Origin: Torpedo marmorata
Taxonomy: Eukaryota
Assembly (NCBI GenBank): GCA_977017645.1
Contig: OZ360227.1
Coordinates: forward strand, 130,696,001-130,760,000
DNA length: 64,000 nucleotides
Direction: 5' to 3'
Positions within the stretch are counted from its first letter, which is position 1. Every line of letters starts with the position of its first letter. Position numbers and translations under genes: made by a program. This document shows, one piece after another, positions 37,801-48,135 of this stretch. The notes under the pieces were generated by a model. It saw nothing but the letters and a program-made list of their open reading frames with translations, was not told the DNA's origin and did not search any database.

Positions 37801-38924
37801 GCTGGAAGTGCTGGCAGGGCCGCGGTGAGGTTGTAAAATGGCCGCGCCGGAAATGTGGAGATCGGAAGTGTAGACCAAGATGGCCGCCTCCAGTCCTCGC
37901 ACGAGGTCTCCGCCGGAAGTGACGTCAGGTAAGATGGCCGCTCCCCCCCGTCGCACGTGGCGCTGCTGGAAACCTGAAGTGCTGCGTGCTGTGATGGCCG
38001 CCTCCAGACCTCGCACGAGGTCTCCGCCGGAAGCGAAGTCAGGTAAGATGGCCGCTCCCGTACCTCGCACGCGGCGCTACTCGGACCCGTACGCGACTTG
38101 GAGCGGCAGGCCTTAGCATAGTGGCCTTTCTTGCCACAGCTAGAACAAGTCGCGTCTCGGGCCGGGCAGCGCTTGCGCGGGTGTTTGTCGAGCCCGCAGA
38201 AGTAGCACTTCTCGGGCTCCCGGGTGACAGCGGCAGCGGTTACCTCACTGGTGGCGGCGGGCTCTCGGGCAGCGGCGGCAGCGGCCAACTCACGGATGGC
38301 GTCGGCGGCGGCGAGCGGGTCCCGGTAGACGGCAGCGGCCATCGCGTTGCTTGCAGGGCTGGCGGTTGGGGCGATCCAAGAAGCAGGCTGCGCCTGCATG
38401 GCGTCAGCGTTCTTGAGGGCCGAGTCCAGCGTAAGGATGTTCTGGACGGTCGATTTCAGGGTCAGGGCGGCATGTTCCAGCAATCGCTGGCGGATGTAGC
38501 CCGACCTGATCCCCATTATGATCGTGTCCCTTGCCAGTATTTCGGCGTGTTGCTCGGCCGTCAGGGCTCGACAGTCACACGCCCGCACCAGGAGCATCAC
38601 GTCCTGGATGTATTCGGAGACCGACTCTCCGGGTCGCTGGTACCGCTGCGATAGCCGGTGCCTTGCGAAAATCTCGTTCACCGGCGTCAGGTACAGCTTT
38701 CGGAGGGCTTCCAAGGCATTATCGAAGGTCTCACAGTCCCTGACGGCGCCATACACTCGCTTGCTTACCCTGGACATGAGGATATCGAGTTTCTGTTCGT
38801 CAGTAACTGCTCCGGACGACCTCATGTAGGCTACGAAGCAGCGCAGCCAAAGTTCGAAGTCGCTTGCAGCGTCTTGGGCCAGGGGGTCGATGTCTAGCTT
38901 ATCCGGCCTTAACAAATTCTCCAT
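34812..38924 (-). CDS. Gag-Pol polyprotein (1370 aa): two Zn knuckles, protease, RT, RNase H, integrase
   Basis: CYFC..H..C, CSSCGKKGHYAKAC, LFDTGS, IDLKSAY, YLDD, VESDAS, HNDLCH..CRVC, IDFKGP, HSDRG, VEREN; no stops. Confidence 0.97.
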   Translation of the reverse strand: MENLLRPDKLDIDPLAQDAASDFELWLRCFVAYMRSSGAVTDEQKLDILMSRVSKRVYGAVRDCETFDNALEALRKLYLTPVNEIFARHRLSQRYQRPGESVSEYIQDVMLLVRACDCRALTAEQHAEILARDTIIMGIRSGYIRQRLLEHAALTLKSTVQNILTLDSALKNADAMQAQPASWIAPTASPASNAMAAAVYRDPLAAADAIRELAAAAAAREPAATSEVTAAAVTREPEKCYFCGLDKHPRKRCPARDATCSSCGKKGHYAKACRSKSRTGPSSAACEVRERPSYLTSLPAETSCEVWRRPSQHAALQVSSSATCDGGERPSYLTSLPAETSCEDWRRPSWSTLPISTFPARPFYNLTAALPALPALPAPPSRSDTCEQRELPPDQDVSSDQDFVSTLASVTLDQSAPHQLSRSMMDILVEGHKTTCLFDTGSTESFIHPDTAQRCGLTVVPVSQRVAMASGTHTTDIRGGCVANIVVQGTEYREFSLMVMPRLCAPLLLGLDFQSHLRSVTMHYDGPHPPIVVTNPQYLNNTPQTTCGLSTLKTQPPPLFANLTPDCKPIATKSRRYSAGDRAFIKAEVQRLLGEGIIAPSNSPWRAQVVVVKNGAKSRMVVDYSQTINRFTQLDAYPLPKIADMVNQIAQYKVFSTIDLKSAYHQLPIRREDRVYTAFEADGRLFHFLRVPFGVTNGVSVFQREMDRIIDQFKLTATFPYLDDITICGHDRQDHDRNLRKFLQAAETLNLTYNKEKCMFGTTRLAILGCVVENGVIGPDPDRMRPLLELPIPVTPKALKRCLGFFSYYAQWVPNYADKARPLVKSTKIPLAAEAREAFDLIKGDIARAAMHAVDESEPFQVESDASDFALAATLNQAGRPVAFFSRTLQSPEIRHSAVEKEAQAIVEAVRHWRHYLAGKHFTLLTDQRSVAFMFNSQQRGKIKNDKIMRWRIELSTYNYDIMYRPRKLNEPPDALSRGSCASAQIDRLYSLHNDLCHPGFNRLFHFIKARNLPFSLDEVRTMTSSCRVCAECKPQYYRPDKAQLVKATRPFERLSIDFKGPLPSTNRNVYFLNIIDEYSRFPFAIPCPDTSAASAIKALHQVFTMFGFPSYVHSDRGSAFMSEELRQHLQTRGIATSRTTGYNPRGNGQVERENATVWTATLLAMKAKGWPVARWQEVLPDALHSIRSLLCTATNATPHERLFSFPRKSTTGTTLPAWLTSPGPVLLRKHLRSSKYEPLVERVQLIHANPQYAFVVFPDGREDTVSIRDLAPAGASEEVPDSGNAGSQLPPPAHPPPSTAGTTPPSQLDRPLARQEANQTQIHPTTPTPVPQPQPSPQASRTLIPQPLPSPLALRRSRRQIRPPVKLDL
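37780..38070 (+). promoter_or_regulatory. YY1/ETS/CRE motif array in a ~60-bp-period repeat inside the Gag-PR linker
   Basis: ATGGC(C/G)G cores near 37782, 37835, 37876, 37931, 37992 and 38045; CGGAAGTG at 37794 and 37863; CCGGAAGTGACGTCA at 37913-37927. Confidence 0.5.
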
Positions 38925-40073
38925 CGGATTCGGATTTTCTTGAAATTGGTAATAAAATTGATATACCTATCAATGACAGACGCGAGTCTAGAAGTGCAGG
39001 AATTAATAGGCTTTTATTACCAGAATCAAAGCCAGGGCTAAGCTACACCTTGACCTGGTGATCCGTGCTGGATTGTCCCGGAACTGGGGGAGGAGTTGCT
39101 GGCTCAAGGCCTTTATTCCATGTAAAGGGGGAGGAGTCACCGGGACAGACAGACAGGTCATGGTCATAACTGCCTCAGGCCACAATACATACTAAAAGTG
39201 GTTTACCACAGGATGGTGTGGCCCTCTGCGTACGAACACATACTCACAGTCTTGGAGTTCTTTAGGGATGTTGAACTTGGCTTGCCCGTGTCTGGAGGGT
39301 GAGATCGGAGCCAGGTTACCGACCTTTTCCCGCAGCCTGTCCAGGAAGGTGGTTGTATCCTCCTGTTGACCTCTGGCTGGTGGGACGAAATCCCCAGGGA
39401 CCATGAGTGGAGCTCTGTAGACGAGCTCGGCGGAGGATGTGTGGAGGTCTTCCTTCGAGGCTGTACGAATCCCCAGCAGTGCCCATGGCAGTTCGTCAAC
39501 CCAGTTGGGTCATAAGAGCAGCCTTGAGGTGCCTGTGGAAGCGCTCAACCAGCCCGTAGACTGCGGGTGGTATGCTGTTGTGTGGTGTAGCTGAGCGCCC
39601 CACAGGTTGGCAACGTCGGTCCACAGGCTGGAGGTAAATTGTGCGGCTCTTTCGGAGGTTATGTGGCGTGGTAGCCCGAACCTTGCTACCCAGGACAAGA
39701 CGAGTGCCTTGGCGTCGAACCTGGTGGATGTGTCGGCCAGGGGGATTGCTTCTGGCCACCGGGTGAAACGGTCGACCACCGTGAACAGGTAGCGGAAACC
39801 CTGTGAGACTGGTAAGTGTCCCACTACGTCCACGTGAATGTGGTCAAACCATCGCTCCGTTGGCTCGAAAGGCTGCAGGGGAACCTTGGTGTGCCGCTGT
39901 ACTTTGGCTGTTTGGCACTGTGTGCATGTCTTGGCCCGCCCGCTGACTTGTTTCTGCAATCCATGCCACGCGTACTTGCTGGCCATCAACCGGACCGTGG
40001 TCCTGTTTGATGGATGTGCCAGCCCGTGGATGGAGTCGAAAACTCGTCGCCTCCATGCCGTTGGGACGATAGG

Positions 40074-41984
40074 AATCTTGAGAGGAATTAGGAAAGCTAA
40101 AAGAAGGTACGAGGAGACTATAGCAAGCAGGGTGAAAATTAATCCAAAAGGTTTCTACAAATACGTTAATGGTAAAAGGAAAGCGAGGGACAAAATTGGT
40201 CCCTTAGAGAATCAGAGCGGAAAACTGTGTGTGGAGCCTAGAGAAATGGGGGAGATATTGAACAGTTTCTTTTCTTCGGTATTCACCAAGGAGAAGGATA
40301 TTGGGATATGCGAGATAAAAAAAAGCAAATTGGGTAAATATGGAGAATATAGTGATTACGAAAGATGTATTGTTAGGGCTTTTGAGGCATATAAAGGTGG
40401 ATAAGTCTCCGGGACCAGACGGGATCTTCCCCAGGACCTTGAGAGAAATAAGGGAGGAAATAGCAGAGGCTCTGACGGTAATTTTCCAAATGTCATTAGA
40501 GATGGGGATAGTGCCGGAGGATTGGCGTATTGCGCATGTGGTTCCGTTATTTAAAAAGGGTTCAAGGAGGAAGCCTGGCAATTATCGGCCTGTAAGTTTG
40601 ACGTCTGTGGTAGGTAAATTAATGGAGAAAGTTCTTAGAGATAGTACTTATAAATATCTGGATAGACAGGGTCTGATCAGGAACACTCAACACGGATTTG
40701 TGAGCGGAAGGTCCTGTTTGACCAATCTGATTGAATTTTTTGAAGAGGTGACTAGAAATGTGGATGAGGGTAGCGCGGTGGATGTTGTCTATATGGACTT
40801 CAGTAAGGCCTTCGATAAGGTACCACATGGAAGGTTAGTTAGGAAGGTGCAGTCTTTAGGTATAAATTTTGAGATAGTCAAATGGATTGAACATTGGCTG
40901 AAAGGGAGAGGCCAGAGAGTGGTAGTGGATAATTGTCTGTCAGGTTGGAGGCCGGTGACCAGCGGTGTGCCTCAGGGATCTGTATTGGGCCCATTGTTGT
41001 TCGTTATATACATTAATGATCTAGATGATGGGGTGGTGAACTGGATTAGTAAATATGCAGATGATACTAAGATAGGTGGAATAGTGGATAATGAAGAAGG
41101 TTTTCAAGGATTGCAGAGAGATTTGGGCTGCTTAGAAAAGTGGGCTGAAAAATGGAAAATGGAGTTTAATGCTGATAAGTGTGAGGTGCTTCATTTTGGT
41201 AAGAAGAATCAGAACAGGACATACATAGTAAATGGGAGAGCATTGATGAATACCGAAGAGCAGAAAGATTTAGGAGTAATGGTGCATCGTTCCCTGAAGG
41301 TAGAAACTCATGTGAATAGGGTGGTGAAGAAGGCTTTTAGTATGCTGGCCTTTATCAATCATTGCATAGAATATAGGAATTGGGAAGTGATGTTGAGATT
41401 ATATAAGGCGTTGGTGCGGCCTAATTTAGAGTTCTGTGTGCAGTTCTGGTCGCCAAATTATAGGAAGGATATCAACAGAGTGGAGAGAGTGCAGAGAAGA
41501 TTTACCAGAATGTTACCTGGGTTTAAGCATCTAGAGTACAAGGAGAGATTGAGCAGATTAGGTCTTTATTCTTTGGAGCGTAGAAGGTTGAGAGGGGATT
41601 TGATAGAGGTATTTAAGATTATGAAAGGGATAGACAGAGTGGATGTGGATAGACTATTTCCGTTAAGAGTAGGAGAGATTGAAACAAGAGGACATGAGTT
41701 AAAAGTTAAGGGGCAGAGGTTTAGAGGTAGCATGAGGGGGAACTTCTTTACTCAGAGAGTGGTAGCGGTGTGGAATGAGCTTCCGGGAGAAGTAGTGGCG
41801 GCAGAGTCAATTTTATTATTTCAGAAAAAGTTGGACAGGTATATGGATGAGAAGGAGGTGGAGGGTTATGGGCAGGGTGCAGGTAGGTGGGACTAGAGAG
41901 GAGTGTTTGGTTCGGTGTGGACTAGAAGGGCCTAATGGCCTGTTTCCATGCTGTAATTGTTATATGGTGTTATATGGTGTTATA
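40074..41984 (+). mobile_element. 5'-truncated young CR1 LINE inserted in Gypsy-1 pol
   Basis: Open 518-aa RT ORF at 40340-41896; TATGGTGTTA tandem tail; no TSD, small target deletion. Confidence 0.95.
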
Positions 41985-44363
41985 ACCTGCCATGTCGCAC
42001 AGGAGGGTTGTGTTACCTGTGCCGACTGGGATGTCCTGAAGCTTCAGCCCCGTGACGGCAGTCCTGTACTGAGGCATCTCATCGTCCTGCTGCTGTGCCT
42101 CCCGCCAGTGCCACGAAATCCAGTCCGTTAGCCAGAGAGTGGATGCTCTGTCTCGACAAGGCGTCCGCGACCACGTTGTCTTTTTCCGAGATGTGCCTTA
42201 CGTCAGTGGTGTACTCCGAGACGTAAGACATGTGTCTCTGCTGGCGAGCTGACCAGGGATCGGAGATCTTGCCCAGGGCAAACGTCAGTGGCTTGTGGTC
42301 CGTGAAAGCCCTTCCCTCTAGGAAGTACCGGAAGTGGCGGATGGCTAAGTACAGCGCCAGTAACTCTCTGTCGAAAGCACTGTACTTTAGCTCAGGGGGC
42401 CGCAGATGTTTGCTGAAGAAAGCTAGTGGATGCCAACTTCCTTCTATCTGCTGCTCCAGAACTCCACCAATCGCCGTTCCTGAGGCATCGACCGTGAGGG
42501 CTGTGGGTGCATCTGAGCTGGGGTGGGCCAGGAGTGCGGCATTAGCCAGGGCTTCCTTCGCTTCCACGAATGCTCGTGCGGAGTCAACGTCCCAGGTCAA
42601 GTCCTTCGCCTTGCCGGTCATCAGGGTGAAGAGTGGGCGCATGGTTCGAGTAGCTGCGGGGAAGAATCTGCGATAAAAGTTGACCATCCCCACGAACTCC
42701 TGCAGTCCATTGGTCGTACTGGGCCTCGGGAAGTTGCGGATAGCCTCCACCTTGCTGGGTAGTGTCATGGCCCCGCATTTGCTAATCCTGTGGCCCAGGA
42801 AGTCAATTGTGCTCAGCCCGAACTGGAATTTAGCCAGGTTGATAGTAAGGCCGAACTAATGTAGGCAACTGTAGAGGCTTCGGAGGTGTTGTAAATGTTC
42901 CTGCCGGGTTCTGCTCGCCACCAGGATATCGTCCAAGTAGACGAAGGTGCTGTCTAGGACTCGGCCCACCGCGTCCATCAGTCGCTGGAAGGTCTGTGCC
43001 GCATTCTTGAGCCCGAATGGCATCCTCAGGAACTCGAACAGCCCGAATGGAGTGATGATGGCCGTCTTGGGGATGTCGTCAGGGTGCACCGCGATTTGGT
43101 GGTACCCTCGCACCAAGTCCACTTTGGAGAAGATCATCGCTCCATGCAGGTTTGCCGCAAAGTCCTGGATATGCGGCACGGGGTAACGATCTGGAGTGGT
43201 GGCCTCGTTAAGCCGGCGGTAGTTGCCGCACCATCTCCAGCCCCCAGATGCTTTGGGCACCATGTGCGGGGAGAAGCCCATGGACTGTCCGACCCCCGAA
43301 CAATGCCTAACTCCTCGAGCTTGTGGAACTCCTCCTTGGCCAGTTGAAGCTTCTCCGGGGGAAGTCCTCTCACCCTTGCGTGGAGAGGTGGACCCTTGGT
43401 AAGGATGTGATGCCTGACGCCGTGTCGGGGCACCTCCGAGGAGTGGCTGTTCCACTGCGACCAGCGTGAACTCCCACGAGAAGTGACTGCCTCCAAACTG
43501 CAGGTCGGCCCTACGCTTTCCATAGGTCCGTATGCTGCTGTTGTTGGCAGCCCTCAACGTGGGGCCCGCTTGCTTGCATCTAGTGTCCAAACCTGTCGGG
43601 GGCATCACGCTGACCTCCGCTCCTGTATCCACCAAGAATCGTCTACCGGAAAGGTGATCCCATACATGCAGGAGGCTCTCTCGATGGCCACCGGCATCGG
43701 GGGGCCTCGGAGCCCCATCTTTGGTGGTAGAAGCACCATCTCTCCTTGGACACGTCCCTGCCTCTTGCCTGCCGCTCCTCTCCAGGGCCTGCCTTGGTCT
43801 GATTGCGAGACTTCATGACGAGCCCCACGGTAGCCGAGCACTTCTGTTTCTGCTTCCATAGAATATCTGCCCGTGCTGCGACTTTCCAGGGGTCGCTGAA
43901 ATCTTCGTCAGCCAGGAGCAGTTGGATGTCCTCGGGCAGCTGCTCCAAGAATGCCTGCTTGAACATGACGCAGAGCTCATGGTCTACCAGGAAGGCTAGC
44001 ATCTCGTTCATGAGCGCTGACGGGGATCTGTCCCCTAGCCCATGCAGGTGTAGCAGCCGTGCCCCTCTCTCTCGCCACGAGAGCCCGAAGGTCTCAGTCA
44101 ATAGTTCTTTGAAGGCAGTGTAAGTGCCTTCCGATAGTGGCCTCTGGATGAAGTTGGCCACCCTGTCTGCAGTCTCTGGATCCAGGGCGCTGACCACATG
44201 GTAGTACCGTGTGGTCTCAGCTGTGATGCGCCTAATCTGGAACTGAGCCTCAGCCTGGTCGAACCACGTGCCGGGTCGAACTATCCAGAAGGTCGGGAGC
44301 TTGAGGCCGACTGCGCTGATTGCTACTTTGCTATCCATCACTGCGTTTAAATGCTGTCTAAAC

Positions 44364-44377
44364 CATCGGGGTCACCA
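44364..44377 (-). promoter_or_regulatory. Primer-binding site of Gypsy-1, tRNA-Trp type
   Basis: Minus-strand TGGTGACCCCGATG, 2 nt from the LTR; matches the tRNA-Trp PBS TGGTGACCCCGACG known from Rous sarcoma virus. Confidence 0.85.
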
Positions 44378-45811
44378 ATTGTAGCCGACTGCTACGAAGA
44401 AACACACACACGCAATGTGGAAGGTTAAGCTCTCTGCCTTATTGAGGCTGGAAATGCTTCTTTTATACAGTTGGAGTTCCCGCCATTTGGTTGATATCAG
44501 CCGCATGAATAACAATAGCGGGCAGGAACGTTCTTGCATATGAATACCCTTCTTCCCCAGCCTGGTATTGATCTGTTAGCTGGGCAGCTTGGCCAGCGCC
44601 ATTTAAGGGCTACTGGTCTTGTACTGTTTCAGCTTTCAACCGCGCCGGTTCGCTACGCTAAGAGTCGCGTTACAGTGTGTTATGCCGCTGTTTACTACCA
44701 CGCGCGCCGCGCGATGTGCCGGCTCGATCTCCGCGGTGGCGGGCCGCCACATAGTTATGTTTAGTACTTTCTTGCATATCCCTTTGCATGCAATGACTGC
44801 TTGAAGTTGTGTGATTCATAGACATCACTTCGTGCTGAGTATCTTCTCTGGTGATGCTCTGCCAGGCCTCTACTACAGCCATCTTCAGCTCTTGCTTGTT
44901 TCGGGGGCTTGTCCCTTCAAGTTTTCTCTTCAGCATATGGTTGGGGCAAAAGTTGACAAATTTTGTATATTAATGTACATGACAAAAGGAATCTTGAATG
45001 TTAACCTTAATGCCTTCAAAGTTACATTATTTATCTGACCTGTTCTCTTCTGCTCCTCTTTTGATGTAATTTTTTTGCAACCTTTTCCTGTTAAAGCAAA
45101 AATATACACTGATACATATAGCATTAAATCTCCCCACAACTGTTTCATGGAACTGGATAGCTGCTGCACAGATAGAATGTGCAGCATGCTCGTGTTAGCC
45201 CTGGAAAATGATGGCAATATATTGTTTTGTATTTCCTTATTTGTTGCTAAACTGGGGATGTGGGGTAAAAAATGCATAGGAGAACAGAAAAGATGCATCA
45301 AAGTGAAGGACCTAGTCCAATTACAACCTCATCAAAGATTTATATAATTACTTTCGATCTGCACTCAATTCACTTGAGATGATAAGAATTTGGTGCACAA
45401 TCTGATAATGGCAACTGAATTTGTATAAGTTAGATTTTGAAGAAATTTAATGACGTAAAAGAGGTCACTAAACAAATGAAATATTGCAACATGCAAGTTT
45501 CGTAAAGATTGGATAAGATTTCTGTCACGAGTTCAGCTGAGAGCAGAGATGCTTAAAACAATGGCGTTTTTAAATAACATTTATTATTTCCTCCCATTAA
45601 AAGGTCTGTCGTTTAAGCAAAATACTTCCACCAAACTCCTCTAAATGTAACCGCCTTGAATGATTAAAATTGAAGCTTCTCAAAATATACTGAATATTAG
45701 TAACATATAAGCAATGCATGATGAAAGGCAAAAAAATGAAATACATGGATAAACATAGAATAAGCATGCACAAAGTACAATATTTGCAAAAACTAGCGCA
45801 ATTTTTTTTAA

Positions 45812-46350
45812 CCAAAAATAGACTTTATTCACAATAAATTATTTACAAAAGGAAAACTGTTCAGAGTCTGCTCCACCCTTACTTTCATATCCATACATTC
45901 CCATCACTGTACATTGTTATATTCGATTCTATTTACACCATTCCATCACTGTGGCACCTTGTTGCTTCTCCCCCTCTGTTGTTTGAGGGACTTCCCTTGG
46001 TCTCAGCTCATCAATGCCCAATAATGGGAGGAATCTAGACTGTGGTCCTTCCCCACAGCGCCCTCGTGTCAGCTGCACCAAACCTCAGTGCTGCCGCATT
46101 CCCTCACCGACATCTCAGTGTGCTGAAAGACCAACAGGTTTCGGGCAGACCAAAGTGCGTCTTTCACTGAGTTGATGGTCTTCCAGTAGTTCTGCTTGTC
46201 TGACTCTGAGTGCGTCCCTGGGAATAGCCCGTAGATCAGAGATTCCTCTGTTATGCTGCTGCAGGGGATGAACCGTGACAAGGACCCTTGCATCCATCTC
46301 CGCACACTCATGAATGTGAGAATCGCCCTGTTGTGAGATGAATGGCCCAA
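45812..46350 (-). mobile_element. Tx1-like LINE 3' fragment
   Basis: LIYGLFPGTHSESDKQNYWKTINSVKDALWSARNLLVF C-terminal motif; AATAAA on minus near 45825. Confidence 0.65.
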
Positions 46351-46654
46351 CTCGTCTTCTGACCTCTCTCCCTGCTCCTATCATCTTAACGAGGCAGCTA
46401 CTGACATACTGTGGTACAGATGTGCATTACAGCCTGTGTGCCGCACACTGACAATATATTTTCATAGTTTCAACAACTAGAAGTTCGGTAAAGACCATGA
46501 AACAATAAACGTTCTTCAACAAATGGACCAGCCCCTTGCTGAGAAAATGCAACTTTCAAGCAATTACCGAGGTCTCGCCAAATGCCATCTCCACCTCTTT
46601 TAGTCCAATTACATTTCCACAAGCTATCGACTTACAATTATTTGATTTTAACAG

Positions 46655-46856
46655 AGCGCATTTTCGGCTGGTTTTGGGGTGAGAGATTCAGTAGAGCCAG
46701 GTAAAAGATCCCGGTGCGGTGCGGTGCTCTACCCGCGGTTGCTGCCGCAGAAGGTCGCTGCACCGCGTTTTGAATTCGCCAGCAGATTTCTGGCGGACTG
46801 CAGCCGCCGTAATGCGCGGGTTTCTGTTGTTATTGGCAACAGTCGCACCGCGGACC
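46655..46856 (+). promoter_or_regulatory. CpG-rich promoter/5' UTR of the CCDC89-like gene with an RFX X-box-like site
   Basis: Local CpG enrichment; GTTGTTATTGGCAAC at 46826-46840, 16 nt upstream of the ATG, which sits in Kozak context ACCATGG. Confidence 0.6.
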
Positions 46857-46925
46857 ATGGAGTCGCAAAGGGCAGCTGAGCGCACCCCTCGGGACTTCAA
46901 TCAAATGAAGCAGGAGGCCAAGCAG
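46857..46925 (+). CDS. CCDC89: Coiled-coil domain-containing protein 89-like, first coding exon (MESQRAAERTPRDFNQMKQEAKQ)
   Basis: ACCATGG start, 69 bp, donor CAG|GTAGGG, phase 0 compatible with the 53234 acceptor. Confidence 0.7.
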
Positions 46926-47409
46926 GTAGGGGTTAACAAATCCGAGAGGGTGATCACAAGACCACGTTCGAAGCCCAAGTCAGTGTGTTACACTGATCAC
47001 CGAACTCAAGGCAGCAGCCCGAGACAGCATGTTCACAATGTCTTGATCACTGACCAGATCCGGTGGTGGTCAGTGTATACTCTTAAATAAACCCAGGGCA
47101 GTAACTGTGGTCAGTGTGTTCACAGGATTCACAAACATGTGGTAATGTGTTCACGATGCTCACCAAATCCAGGCACTGACCAACCCCCTGAGATATTGTG
47201 CTCACAATAACAATTTGACCCAGGACAGTGTACCCACAATGATCACAGAACGATCCCTAAGCACAGGGCTCCTACCTGAGACCGTGAATGAGAGACAAAA
47301 TGGTTGCTAAACCTGAAGCAATGTATTGATGAGGCAGTGCACTCACAACGGTAACTAAACCTAGAAAAAGTGTGTTCAGTCTGATTGCTGATCACAGCTC
47401 AAGCCATTA

Positions 47410-48135
47410 TGAAGAAGAGAAGAAGAAGAATCAATTTATTGTCATAGTAATAAGGCAGTGTCATATTCCATGAAATGTCTTTTTGCCTGCTGCAAGGCAG
47501 ACAGATTCGCCACCAGCAGAAATTGCCTACGCGCCTCTAACATTCCTTACAGTCAGAGAAAGAGAAGCAAAAGAGAGTCCCCCCAGAGTCACCGAGTGTC
47601 CGTAGATTCGCCTCCAGCGCTTCCGCAGCCACAGAGTCCAGTCCAAACCATGGCAACCCGAGCTCCAGATCTGAACCTCCGACACGGTCAGGGCGCCCTC
47701 GGCAACCCCTCGCATCCCAGTTCCGATACCTGGTATTCCTCCAGCCAGTTTGAGGCAGTCTCCAGCAGTCTGCAGCCCGGCGTGAGTCCCTCGACAGCAG
47801 TCTCCAGCAGCCCACAGCCTCCGCAGGTTCCTCGCCTCGAGTCGCCAGCAGCCCGCCACATGCACTGGTCCTTCAGCCTCAGATCCCCTCACCGGTCCGC
47901 CGCCGTGGTCACCCTCCCGTGGGTCGTCTCCTCCGCTTCTCCTTCTCAGACGGGGGGTGATCTTCCCGTCCTCTGGTGCCCTGCTCCAGTCCTTCGCTTC
48001 CCCGGAGTCTGCAGCCCCTCGTGGCTGCTGCCGGTTAAAAGGCGCTGCCATCTTGGGAGCAGACCCCGCGGTCGCGGGATCTCAAATAAAACCACCGTCG
48101 GCTCCTTTAATGGGCCGCTCAAAGCCCGCCCAGAA
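47410..48135 (-). mobile_element. Non-coding GC-rich retroposon with a Rex-type 3' tail (non-autonomous LINE derivative)
   Basis: Minus strand: AAGATGGCAGCGCC near the 5' end; tail CTGTCTGCCTTGCAGCAGGCAAAAA..TGACAATAAA followed by (TTC)n. Confidence 0.6.

Larger units (their letters stand above)
34363..39210 (-). mobile_element. Intact young Gypsy LTR retrotransposon (Gypsy-2) inserted in the Gypsy-1 integrase
   Basis: 252-bp LTRs 34363-34614 and 38959-39210 with 2 mismatches seen; TG..CA ends; 5-bp TSD GGATG; PPT AAAAGAAGGGGTGAA (34615-34629). Confidence 0.97.
31556..44751 (-). mobile_element. Degenerate Gypsy LTR retrotransposon (Gypsy-1) with three nested insertions
   Basis: 5' LTR 44380-44751; 3' LTR 31556-34114 (split by L1); TG..CA ends; 4-bp TSD TAGT; G-run PPT at about 34118-34128; gag 43643-44341 (KLPTFW..WFDQAEAQF), VDTGA, YLDD, TVDAS, HVDVVG..VDRFTRWPEA. 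Confidence 0.95.
31309..44940 (-). mobile_element. Truncated Tc1 copy (31309-31555 plus 44752-44940) split by a Gypsy element
   Basis: TA followed by the same TIR as 12969; sequence resumes colinearly with 13217-13402 after the Gypsy. Confidence 0.9.
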
